Source of the DNA: Fistulifera solaris
Lineage: Eukaryota
DNA length: 64,000 nucleotides
Reading direction: 5' to 3'
Assembly: GCA_030295235.1 (NCBI GenBank)
Contig: AP026127.1
Location: 496,001-560,000 of the forward strand
In this document: positions 51,920 to 64,000 of the stretch, piece by piece
Layout: each line of letters starts with the position of its first letter
How positions within the stretch are numbered: the stretch's first letter is position 1
Notes under the pieces: generated by a model
The model's database searches: none
What the model saw: only the letters and a program-made list of their open reading frames with translations
Told to the model about the DNA's origin: nothing
Position numbers and translations under genes: made by a program

Positions 51920-53189
51920 ATGAAGGGTCATCGTCGCCAGAAGAACGTGCGACGATGGGTCATTCTTCTGTGCTTCAGTTTGATTGCAATCCTATCGCTA
52001 CGGCAATTTCGAGCTTTTTCATACTTAAATACAAAAGACAGTTCGCGCCCAGCCGCTGTTCGGGTGTTTTACTTTCATCCGAATGTTGTAGCCTCTCACC
52101 GTCCCGTCGAACCTGTATCGGAACGTTCCGTCATTTCCGAATACGTCGATTTCATGTCGTGGCAACCCTGGGAACACGATCGATGTCATTATCCTGTGGA
52201 GTGGCAAACGACGTTTTATCCTACTTGCAATATTCTGCACGAGCTGGAACACACGGGCGAGTTGGCCGGTTCGGGCTACTGGCGACAAGGATGGCTCATG
52301 GATAATATGACGGTTTTGAAACGAGGTACGCTGGCTTGTCTGTTCCTTCCACTTAGCGCCTTGACCTAGTTCTCAGCTCGGCTCTATAGCACTACTGAAT
52401 CCGCCTTCCTCCAACGCGTGGGATGAATTTGCCTGGGGCTTATACAAGTCTCAGGTCGAAGGCATGTGTCTGAATCGGCTCAAGAATACTTCCCACGTTT
52501 TGGATCTATATGCATGGTGTGCTACGTCGACTTTAATCGAACGCGCGGAGGAGAACTTTGCCGATTGGCTGAATCGTACCGATTTGAATAGCCGGCAACG
52601 ATTGTCGTGGGGTCGAGACGTCGCGCGCTTGCTGTGGGACGTTCATTCGATCGATGCACCCTATCCGACCATTGCACACAATGATTTTCGCGCTTCCAAT
52701 TTATTGATCAAGAACAATACGTTTTATGCGGGAGATTTCAATCAAGCCATTTTGCTGCAATGGGATAGTCTGGCGAATGATACGTGTCGCTACAAGCGCC
52801 CCGTCGGCTTGAACAATTTTGCTCCGCCACCCGAGCGAAAAGCTTCCTACAAAAAGTTTGTGCTTCCCGTCAAAATGGACATCTACGAGTTAGGCAACAT
52901 TCTCTATCAGATCTTAACTAGCAACGAACCGCGACATGATTGGCAAGAAGACAGGGGCTATGTCGAAATTAATACTCGCCGATGTGTTACCATGCCAGAC
53001 GTCCAATCACTCGACTATCACAGCAAACTTCTCTACTATGCGACATTGGCTTGTCATGCTATGAAAGCCATTCATCGTCCCTCTAGCTATTCGGTCTGGA
53101 AAGGATTGGAGGAGGGATTGTGGCGCACAAATTTGTCCGACGAAGCGATGAAACGATTGTTTGATCCGTCTTCGGTGTCGTTGAAATGA
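51920..53189 (+). CDS. Type-II membrane protein kinase-like protein (PKDCC/VLK-like)
   Basis: N-terminal TM anchor, WQ..FYPTCN.LHE, G.GYWR, VLK, HND....N.L, GDFN, K.DIY.LGN.LY. Intron at ~52326-52389. Confidence 0.75.
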
Positions 53190-53421
53190 TACTCTATGTT
53201 TTGAATGTAGTTTTATTAGTACCGTACCGTTGGATTATCTATCTATAAAACGTACAACGGACATCAGTCCTGTCGAGAGTCTTGTACAAAACGTGGGCTC
53301 TTGTTTTGAAGAATGAAGTCAACATGTCACAAACTCTTTGTTCGATGATCACATTTCTCATCAGATCGACTGATCTGTAAGTACAAGAAATAACAACAAG
53401 GGCATTGAAAAACAAAGTAAC

Positions 53422-53979
53422 ATGGACATGCGTGGAAGACAACCTGACTTTCTAAGCAGTCCTTGGCAGACGCTGAACTCATCGGACAGTTTCTCGCACG
53501 GTCACAGTCAGGTCCCTGGTCGATTACCGATATCGCCTTCTTCCACATATTCAAGCTTGTCGTCGGATTCCGCGAGCGCAGTCAGTAGCATGGAGGCACC
53601 TGTGGAGGTCTATCAAGGACGTAAAATGGAGGGAGCTGGTCGTCTGAGCGATGCACCTCGATCGAGAGGAGGAGTCGGATTATCGCAAGGCCTAATGGCG
53701 CGTCAAATGATTTTACAACAGTATGATACCGCCAAGGCCGACAAAATTACCAAAGAGCGATTGAAGGCTGGCCGAACAATTTATGATGCCAGGAGAATTG
53801 GAAATGAAAAGCAAGCCGAAAGCTCGCGAGTCAAAAAAGCACCGACACCCGACGACGTCCGTGATCCAGAAAGCATGTCGGGCATGAAATATCAGCTTCA
53901 TTGGGATCGCGAACGTATCGCTCGCGACAAAGCTCTTCGTCTTTTAAATGGGGCATTCGGAGAAATAAGTGTCCTTTAA
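53422..53979 (+). CDS. Hypothetical protein
   Basis: Intact 185-aa ATG-initiated ORF between two genes; no recognised motif. Confidence 0.5.
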   Translation: MDMRGRQPDFLSSPWQTLNSSDSFSHGHSQVPGRLPISPSSTYSSLSSDSASAVSSMEAPVEVYQGRKMEGAGRLSDAPRSRGGVGLSQGLMARQMILQQYDTAKADKITKERLKAGRTIYDARRIGNEKQAESSRVKKAPTPDDVRDPESMSGMKYQLHWDRERIARDKALRLLNGAFGEISVL

Positions 53980-54000
53980 CCGGTTAAAACTATATTTATA

Positions 54001-57000
54001 TTATGGATTACCTTTCTGTAGCTGGGCAAGCATCTCGAACCATTGTCGTAAAACATCTCCAAGGACCTCAGGTAGTGTCTGGATATCCTCGAGAAGTATG
54101 TAGTAGGGGAAGGGGTAATCCTCCATGAAGTGCGTGACCTTCGGAGTGCCTTTCTCGAATGAAACCTCTTTCATGTTCAAAATGCTTTCTTTCTTATCTC
54201 CACCTTCGACGACGATCATCGCTAGCAAAATGTTCCGTTCCATCATCTCGCGAATAAGTCTTCGCAAAGCGTCTTTGCTATCTCGCTCGATGCGCCCATC
54301 GCTGATGAGGAATACAAGCTGCATGGATGCATTATCTCCCGGGCTTTCTAGCGCAGCAAGCGCACTCTCCACACAAAGCGCAGTTCGTGTTCTTTGCTGA
54401 TCAAACTGAAAGTTCTGGACAAGTGTTGCGCCGCTTTCTGTTGTAAAAGGCTGGTGGAACGGATGAACAAGTTTCATTTCCTCACCAAAGCTAGCAACGC
54501 CAACTTCTCCAACCTCAAGCTGACTCATTCCGGTGACGAGAGTAGCCATTGCTCTCAAAGCCATTTCTCCGGCACCTCCCTTCAACATGCTCTCCGAATC
54601 ATCAACGGCGAGTAGAACACGATAATTTCGTTTCGCAGGTTTAGTCCTGCGTAGCCATATTTTGTCTTTCCTGTAACCGCTAGCGATGTAGCTAATAACA
54701 CGTTTCATGTTGATCCGTTTTCCTGTTCTGTAGTCGCCTCTTAATTTTGAAGCCACGAGTGGTTCCATGACGAGACGTAGCTTCTCGCATAATCGTCTTG
54801 AAAGAGCATGAGTATCACTCTGGATTTGTGACCAGCGGGCACGGGCTTGTGCAATTTGTTCCATGTGGACAATTGTGTTGTGCTCATCAACGATTATCTC
54901 TTTACGGTTCAATGTTACTTGCGTTTTATTCGAAACATGCATGCGCGATAGGTCTGATACAACTATATTTGCTAAGCTTTCTTCCGTGCCGTTCAGTTCG
55001 GTGCTCGAAACTGACTGTTTCTGACTTTGGTCATCTACGCTCTGAGTATCCATGTCGTCGGACGCCTCGTCGGCATTTTGAGATTCATTAAACTGCGCTG
55101 GGTAGTCTTTGTGTGTACTATTCCTTTTCTGGTTTGAGTTATTCGCCTCTTTCTTGTTATCGACTTCGCTTTCTGTTTTCAAGGGAGAATCATGGCCCTT
55201 CAACTCGTTATTATCGTTGAGTAACATTTCATCGTTCTCTTCAACGTTTCCAAGAGTTTGAGTAGTATTCGCCTGGTCTTGACTAGCATGTTCAAAGTCT
55301 CCAGTATGATTCTTGTCATCAGACAAATCTTTTCCTGTTTCCATATCTTCTTCATTCTCGTGAGACTTGATGACGTTAAGTTTCTTGAACCAGAATTTTG
55401 ATGCATCGCCTGGGCTCTTCAAAGGATTGGGGAATTCATCACCAAGGGATTGGTCTCTGTTTTCTTTCGAAGCTCCGCTGCTGTAATTTTGTCCGCTTTT
55501 ACCGGAACCGTTACCACCATCATTTGATGTATCATTTGCTTCGTTACCGGAGGCATCACCTTCGTTACTCTGGGGTGCTTCTTGTTCGCTCTCTAATGCA
55601 CCTTGTTCATCAGGTTCACCTTCTACTTGATCATTCCCGTCAGCGTTCTGTACCCCCAGTCCAGATTGTGATTCTTTCTGCTGTTCGTGATGCTGGAGAT
55701 GATCTTTGTTGTCTTGTGCATCGTCTGGTAGCGGCTCGTCCTCGTCATCTTCTCCCCTGTCCCCCACGGCTAGACTAGATTCTACTTGAGATTCATCAAC
55801 ACCCGTCGAGCCACCAACACTTCTCTCCTCGGATTGGTCTGCTTCGTTTACGGTCTCGTCGTTCAAAGCCTCTTCATCGGCAGAACCCTGGTTTTCTTCG
55901 GCATCGTCCTGATTGTCAAGCGAAAGTTGGTCTCCCATATCCATCTCCTCGTTCTCATCATCTTGGTCAACTTTGTCGTTGTCGTTTCCTCTGACATCAA
56001 TGCCGTGGTTTTCCTCATAATTGTCCTCAAAGTCACAGTTGATCTCGTTGGATTCGTCAGTATCCTGCTCCATTTCGGCGCTCTTTTCACGGCTTTCGTC
56101 CTTGCTCGGCGCCTCATCCTCCGCTTTTTTGTCTATATCGTTATCGTCTCTGGTCATCATCTCATCGCTAGCGTGTTCACCTTTTACCGAACTATTCTTC
56201 TCAAATTTTTCTTCGCCTTGGTGGTCTTCTTCGTCATCACTTTCACCCCAAAGTTTTTCATCAATAACATCATCATTTTCTTCGTCACCATCTCCCAACT
56301 CTCTATCAAGCTCTTCTTTTTGTTATCATCGTCTTGTGGATCACCTTGTTCTTCTTCAGGAACATCATACATATCCCCTTCAAAGTCTCCTTCCATTTCC
56401 ATCCCCTTTTCAGCTTCTTCCTTGTCCAATTGTTTAGATGTCCCATCTTTATCGTTTGAATTTTCGTTGGCATCATTCTTTAAGCCCAATAGTTGCTCTT
56501 CATTTTCGATTTGGTCTGTTACATCATTACGTCCTTCGCCTTCCCCCATACCCGTTCCATCTTGATCATCGGCAAAATTTCCTCCAGCATCATTCATATC
56601 TTCAGCAACTCCGTTGTCGTCGACCTTATCTGAACAAAACCCTTTTGCTACCAATACACGAAATACGCGGAGTAAAATGTAGTTTAACTTGGAGCATTCT
56701 CGGTGGAACGACTCAACGACCATGAAATACTCCCGGTAGACCTCCAGCGCGTGAGAGCACAACACCCCGACGTCGTTCATTAGTCTAAAAAGCAATTCCC
56801 TCTCGTGAAATGGAAGGACCTCGTCGCTTTCAATAACCTGGAAGGTTTCAACGCATTCAAAAAGAGACTGATGTAGGCGTTGTACCAAAGAATCGACTGA
56901 CGTGCTGAGAAGATGTCGGTGTATGCTCAGTATCGTAACATCTTCGTATTCAAGCTCATCCATTTCTTTTTTTCTCTTTGACCAAGCTCTGTACTCCCAG

Positions 57001-60000
57001 CAGCACCGAATTCGCTGTCTCCGAGGCAATTTCTTTCAATCGTTCAATTTTCGACTGGACGGGAGCAGAAGCCGATATTTCAACAAAATTAACCTTTTTG
57101 GTTTGATATTGTAAGAACTCATCCGCCAGTTTGAGAGCCCTTTCACAAAGATTTCTGCACGGTTCGAACACCATCGACGGTAAACATACCAGATCTGAGG
57201 ATTTTCTACAAAGTCCATCGATGAAGACAGAGAAAGTCGCTAAAAACACAGCAGAACGCTTGACAGAATCAACGTGGGTGTCCGTGATTAGAAGAACCTG
57301 ACCGCCTTTCAACGGAGCCTCGTGTTTTTCAATATAAGACTCAAGCTGGGCAATAGAATCTCGAGCCCAATACGTGGCATTTTCGCCTTCCAAGAGATTC
57401 ATTGAGGACGAAAGCACAAATTTGAGCTGTTTCATTGTTTCAAGCAAAGTATTCAGGGCTATGCTGAGTTTCCAAACCCGATCTCTTTGCTCGCTACTTT
57501 GATCAGCCTTCTGGCCGAGTAAATCACAGGCACCATAAACGATTTTCCTTGTCTCATTTTCGAAATGTTGTGTTCGAGCAATAATTGAGCGCTGCTGTAA
57601 CAAAAGAAGCAAGCCATGATCTGTGATTGCTTGGACAACATCCAATTGATGCGAGGTTAAATGCTTACTGCCGAAGACTGAAATTTCACCACGAAGAGAA
57701 GATATCTCGGCGACAGACCGTTGATAATACTGGTCAGCATCCCTAATCTCTGTCGAAGTCAGTTCTATAGAGGAAGACTGGAAGATTGCCTCTACTTCGC
57801 GCAATTCGGATGGCAACGACCACTTCGTCGATATAAAGCCTTGCGCTTTTAATTCACGTAAAAGATCGGTTAAAGCCCGCTCCTTCATTGGTCTAGTCGA
57901 ATTCTTGGATCGAAGTGACTCGATGCGATCAAAAATAGATGTGGAAATATCCTTAGCTATGTCCTGGCCAAGAACGACGGTTGAGATATGACTGCCGGTC
58001 CTGAAGCCTGACATTTTCTGACACCAACGCTTCATTTTCGATGCGAGCTCGTATGTTCCTGGTTGTAACTCTATTTTCAAAGAACGCGGGGGTGAAGCAG
58101 ATGAATCGACCGGAGTCTGGTGTACGGAGAACGAGAAGAAATCATTCTTCAAAGGAATCGAATTACATGGGACATCATTTGAACCCGGTTCTCTGATACC
58201 CTGATTTAGTAGGGGTTCGATAAAGACACCTACAGAAGTAGACAGCGCTTCGTCGTACTCTCTGCATATTTTCATCAGTGACCGATGGTTACGTTCGATA
58301 GACTCGGCTTGGGCATAATACGTTTTGTTGTCCCATTTCGCGAGGCTAACTTCCTTTGAAGTTTTGTTTCAATCGGTCTGCGAAGTTCCTTCATTTTTTG
58401 GAGTAACAACCCTGCGAATTGACGGTAGTATCTATCGAGAGATCTCAGTGACAAAGCTAAACTAAGGTGAGCTTCACTATGATTGCCGCTTCGTACTTCT
58501 TCGCCAACCTGACAAGAGAAGCTTCGAAGCATTTCTAACCGGGTGGCGAATTCACCAAGGGGCGAGGACAGGCAGTAAGTGTCAAAGATTTTTAGAATCG
58601 CCACACATTGTTCTGTAGTCGGTGGCAACGAATAACCAGAAGGGCCCTTCTTCGTAATCCATTCAGGGGTAAAACAATGAACTTCGCTGACACGGGGTTT
58701 GCTCTGGCTCTCGTTGCTCTTTTCTAAAACCGATACCATTGCTGAATGCAAGCGTAGCCAGTACTTTCTTGCATTGTATTCCATCTTCTCTTCGCGAGAC
58801 GAAAGTAGACTTTGCCAGCTTGCAAGCTCAAGTTTCCTCCAGTCTAGCACGAGTTGGCTGATTGCTACGAGGGCTTCACCCAGCTTCACTCGACTACTCG
58901 CATGTTGCTCCCAATCTTGTGAATGTTTCAATATTAGCTCGAGACCCCTCATTACTCTCCCCCATGGCGTTTTGTGCACGTCAGTCTTCCGAACACATTC
59001 TACCACTCGTAACACCCCCATGAGAACGCTATTTCCCGGAAAAGTGGATAAAAGCTGAGAGAGTCTTGCTCCTAAATCGTTTAGAGGTTTGGCGGCTTTG
59101 AGTACTTCACTTGGATTAGGATCTCTTGCAAAATCAATTGATTTCTTTTCGAAATAGTTTGGCCCAACTCTGGACACAGATATTTCTGGAACAGAGGTCA
59201 GTGAGATGGCCAAAGCAAATCCCGATACAGAGCCTAATGGCGTGACGCCAAAACTTTGACCGTCATCTTTTGTGTGCAGTCTTCTGGCTGCAGCAAAGGA
59301 TACACCAAACGCCCTCGATCTATCGAAATCCGAAAGGACGGGAGAGCTGGGGCTAAAGAGCTGATCATGTAGAGAGGCTAAAAGTACTATGCGATCCTGG
59401 TCGAGGCATGCTGTGCGCGACTGTATTGTACCTTCCGTGGATGTTCCAACATCAGATTCATCATAGCCGTCGTCGCTGTTATTATCCTGTAATGCTTTTT
59501 GAAAAAACATACGATGGTCTGGAAACTGCTCTCGATACTCTACTTCTTCGTGGTCGTCCGTGATGTCTTTTTGGAGGGACATAAAATGTAAAGCGTCTTC
59601 TCTCGATCCTTCATTCAGCCGTCCGACAACTGTCAACCAACAGCTTAAGACGCCGTTATCTATTCCCGTCACAGCAGCATGTATTGAAAGTCTCGAAAGA
59701 ATGCAACAGTAAATATCCTCCAAACAATGGGCGTCGTTATGGAAGACCTTTTCGGTGTACCGGAGGGCATCAAGGAGATCATCGAGACGCGTCTCAAAAG
59801 GAAATTTGAGGCACGTGTCCATTGCACGTCGGAATAACTCAGCCTCATTCTCTTTCGAAGCAAGCTCATCAGCCAGAGTAGCGAATCCTTCCTGGATAAG
59901 TGCGAGCGATCCACAAAGTGGAATAACGACATCCTCGTACGCTTCAAATTTCGAAGAAAGCATCTTGGAAAATGCGGAACTTGTCGACTGGAATTGCGAT

Positions 60001-63000
60001 ATTTCAGCAAGAAGTCTTTTGGATCACCCGCCGAAGATGGTTGGAATCCTTTTACTTTATTAACAAGAGCAACAGTCTTTGTTACATCAAGAATCGCATC
60101 TGAAAATGCCTTCGTTTCTTTGTATAAAAATGAGAAGTCAGGCCGAGGACACGGTCGCCGGATGACATTTTCCTCCTCATGTTGTTCTCTAGACTGCAAG
60201 GCTTGGATTTCACTGAAAATTGACTGGCATTGTTCATCACTCGAAGTTTTACCGTGAAGTAAAGCACTAGTAACCTGTCTTGCTAGAAGATGCGTCCGCA
60301 ATTTCTCACGCCGAGAAGCCAACAAAGAGATTTTATACATCGCTTTTTGCCCAGGATCAGCGGGAGAGTCCGGTATAGATAGCTGAAATCGCAGCAAGCC
60401 GCACAGCACACGAGCATTCCCAAGCTCCTGTCGAAAGTGTGGAGATTGTGTATCCATACTCCAAATATTCCAAATACTGTCCAGAAGAGGAGATACCACA
60501 GAATTTACGAGCTTCACAAGACGTCCATTTGTGGATGATAAGCATATTGCTAAGATCTTTGTTTTCTTTGCTGCGTCAAAGGCATCCGTACACGCGAGAA
60601 TCCTTGTGATGGTCGAGCTTTCGGTAGAAGCAAATGACTTACGGAGAGCAAAAAAGATATCTTGAGTCAAGAACAGTATCTCGTGTGGACGAGACGTGGA
60701 AGCATGAAAGGAATTTGCTGCCAGCAAATTAAGAAGATTTGTTCCCTGATTCCTTCTTACGCTTTGGTTTTCAATTGTCATGAAGGGGCTCGTCGGCCTT
60801 TGCCCAGTGTTCCTTTCGAAGTAAGAAGCAAACATCGAAAAGCAATGTGACAAAAGTAGCGCTTTCTCACTACCCGCGGATCGTGAAAGACTCAATGCTT
60901 GAACAGTATCTTCTGATTTACCACTTTTGATAAGAGACGGAAGTTCAAGTGTTGGGAGAAAACGTCGCGACAGCGCTTTGCTACCCTCGAAAATCCTAGC
61001 AGATGCATTGTAGCACATAATCGAGAGCAAGCCTCGAAGAGCGTCATGCGTTAAATGAGCCTTTTTGACTCTATCAACCAGATCAAAGACTGGAATGGTT
61101 CTAATTCACTGGGACACCACAATGAACCTTTCAGGGCGATGTTTATAAGTTGCCGAATCTGAGCCACCACGCCCTGAAGCAGCTCTTCAGCTTGCTCCTG
61201 GTTTTTGGTGTCTGTGACAATCTCTGCAACGAGACGAATGATATCGTACTCAAGAGCTTCGCAGCGCTCTTCCAGCAATGGAGCTAGTTGCATGTACGAA
61301 TACGTTTTCAACATCGATTCTGTAAAAAAATGATACCGATTCCCTGTGGAAACATAGTCTTCAGTCATGCTTTCAATATCCTTTATCTCGTAACCATTTT
61401 CGCTCTCCGAGACCTGCGGATTGATGCACAGCGCGTCGTATACCTGATAAAAGTCTCTCTCTCTCCTGGTTATCTCGTCGGATAATGTTTCAGTGACACC
61501 CCGCAGCGAGGCTTTCAAGCTCGAGAATGCTCCGTCTTCATTGAGATCATCAAGAAGCGATAAATGAAGAGTAGAAAACGCCGCTAACACCCGTCGTCTA
61601 AATTCTTGGTCAGTGAACAAGAGCATGTGCCTAGTAGCGAGAAGATTTTCAAGATTCAACAATTCATTGGCATTGCGATCCACGGCAAGATTGGAGGTCA
61701 ACCTTTTAACCTTAAGTACACATGCCAATCGTCCTCAATGCGGGGTACAAGAAACACTGTTGACCATTTGAGCGGAGATGACTGAGCGAGAGTTAAATCG
61801 CTAGTCTCAAAAACAATTGCGTGAATCGTCCTGGTCAGCTTTTCTAGCATCATCCACTTGCGTTCGCCTCTGTCGACGGAAAGGGAAAGTACGCTTTTTG
61901 TAACCAACACCATTGCACAATGAATTCCCCAGTATCAAAGCAAATATGATCCTGCTTTCTCTGCTCTAGATAGACCGACGCCAGGAGAGATTGACGAAGC
62001 GCATCTCGGTGCGAACGGAGCTCGAATAGGCGATATTTAAGTGTTGAAATATTTTGTTCCACATAATTGATCCATTCATCAAGTGCAAGGAAGTAAGGAA
62101 CAAGACAAGGAATCACGGAGCATCGAACTGAGCTTTGTCCAACCTTCCCGTACGACACCAGGTAAGACAGTTCAAGGACCGAGACCCCGACGAAGCTAGA
62201 ACAACTATCTCGCTTCGTTTCCAAATTTTTCTCCCAAACATGCTCTTGAAATAAGTAAGGGACACGATAAATCAATCGCCAATCGATAAATTCGTTGTAA
62301 CTTTCGGAAACTGTTTTGCGGTCGGTAAGAAAGCGATGAATCCATCTTGCCCCCCTTCTCAGTGTAGAAAAGATTTGTGACAAGTATAGTTTTCCTCGCC
62401 CCTCTGTCATCACGGACGACAAGACTAGTACAATAAGATGATCCCGTATGAAATCGGCACTCCCATCAACCACTAAGATACCCTGAAAACTAGTCTGGTG
62501 TGTTATCCAGTCAGTAGATGCTCGATCCTCCTGTAGATATGATTGTAAGACACGAGCACGCCATCTGATATCCGCGAGTTTGGGGTCGATAAGCCAATCG
62601 TCGCGAATAGACAAGACATCGACTAATGGCACAGAATTAGATAGCTGAGGACATCTAGAGTTTTCGTTCGACAAAAGACCCGCTTCACAAGTTTCGCGGT
62701 AGCTGTTAAGCGATTGAAAACATAAACCTCGTCGGATCAAGGATAAGGCGACGGTCATGGTTGGCCGTAAATGTGTCAACCCGCTTAGCGAGGAAAACGG
62801 TTTCGAAATACACGAGGACTTGGTTCCTCCCCCCTTCTTAATAGTCGTCATGTCAATTTCTGTGTTCAGTTCGTTAGATGGAACGAATGAGATCTCAACA
62901 CAACGGTTTCTCATTGCTCTAGACACCTCTCCGTAATTCGGATCACACGACAGAAAAATTCGAAAAGACGGATGGGCAAAGATCTCTCTCGCAGAGACAT

Positions 63001-64000
63001 CCTGTTTGTCATGTCCTCCTTCAGCCAGAAACAAGCTGCCGCCTGGTTCCATGACCGGATTAAGACGATCCAGTACGGATGATGGACAAACATTAGCATT
63101 CTTCAAATGCAACCAATAGCCATTTTTCATGGCTTCGACGAGCGGTCCATCTTTCCAAGTAAATGATCCCTCTTCACCACGCTGCTTTCCCAAAATGTAT
63201 TTATCAAACAGTGATTTCGCACGCGAAAGAAAGCTAATGTCGTCGGAAGAGAAAAGGCCCTGCTTTACCTCCTTCACTATTGCCAAAAGGTTCAGGGATT
63301 TCGTTACACTATTTTGTAAGTCGACTTTGGACTGCTCGATCGAAGCTTTGAGATCTTGTATAAGTGAGCCTAAAGCACGAGACGTCTCGGCGTCGGCAAT
63401 CAAGGTAAGTAACCGCTCGCTCAAGGAGAGAAGTATAACTATCGACGAAACGACTTCTTCAGACGCATCAGCCTGTTCAAAAGTCCCAACAAGCTCAGAA
63501 ACGTCAGAGGAAGAAGAAAGAGCCACTTCTATTGTCCTAGCTCCAACCACATCAGCCAGCGCTCTGACCACCGATGTTTTACCAACGGCAGAATTCCCAA
63601 CTAGTAAGCACGGCCAATTCATCATCACACACCGACTTGCTGCACGCAAGCTTTCACGCTGGGCAAAGAAAGGAATTGTGTCTTCGTAAAGTGGCTCTGT
63701 TTGTTCACAATCAATGGCTTTGTTTCGCTTTACAATGACGTCATCAATAGAGATATCACCAATTGAAGTACGAAGCTCTGTCTTTGGCGCATGACCCATT
63801 TCCCCGAAATACTCTTTGCACAGTTGCCGTACTGCTTCTCGGTCCGCCGAAACGCGGAAACGTTGAATGTATAAATCACTCAACACAGCAAGCACATTCT
63901 CACTTTGTTTGCTCATTACAGCCAAAAATCGAAAAACATCACGCAAGTTGAACTCCCAAGGGCTCCCTGAAGTTCCGAGACGACCGCAGCATGTCTCTGA
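54001..64000 (-). CDS. MDN1: Midasin (Rea1) C-terminal ~10 kb: last AAA module, linker, D/E-rich region, MIDAS/VWA domain; runs off the window
   Basis: WPCLLVG....GKT, F.W.DGPLV.A...G.W, SVLDRLN, FRIF...DP..GE.SRAMRNR; GTGMGEGEG..DV..QIE.E.QL; GDYRTGKRINMK.VI.YIAS..RKDKIWLRRTKP; AVDDS.SM; ISDG; FPFPYY-like. Several frameshifts. Confidence 0.95.

Overview
This is gene-dense eukaryotic nuclear DNA, most likely from a pennate diatom. That is an inference from short GT-AG introns and several bipartite plastid presequences with ASAF/TEAF-type cleavage motifs. About 27 host genes are recognisable. They include a PP4/PP6-type phosphatase, RPC8, importin-5, histidinol-phosphate aminotransferase, an NTT-like transporter, TMF1, a PPR protein, a plastid PDH-E2/FabZ/KARI trio, an RlmN-like radical SAM enzyme and the 3' part of midasin. 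Many conserved genes are broken by single-base frameshifts in homopolymers, which look like long-read consensus errors. A complete 5.85-kb Mutator-like transposon (14057-19902) has identical 130-bp TIRs and a 10-bp TSD, and encodes a DDE/SWIM transposase plus a Ulp1-like protease domain. Intergenic DNA holds a ~220-bp array, a ~675-bp array that captures a gene's 3' end, and a palindromic minisatellite family at three loci. A recurrent ~55-bp bipartite element (ACTATRG..AAAGTGTTGG ... CACGACT..AGTCATGA) links otherwise unrelated intergenic regions and arrays. No CRISPR, tRNA or rRNA was found. All family calls rest on motif recognition by eye; no database search was run.
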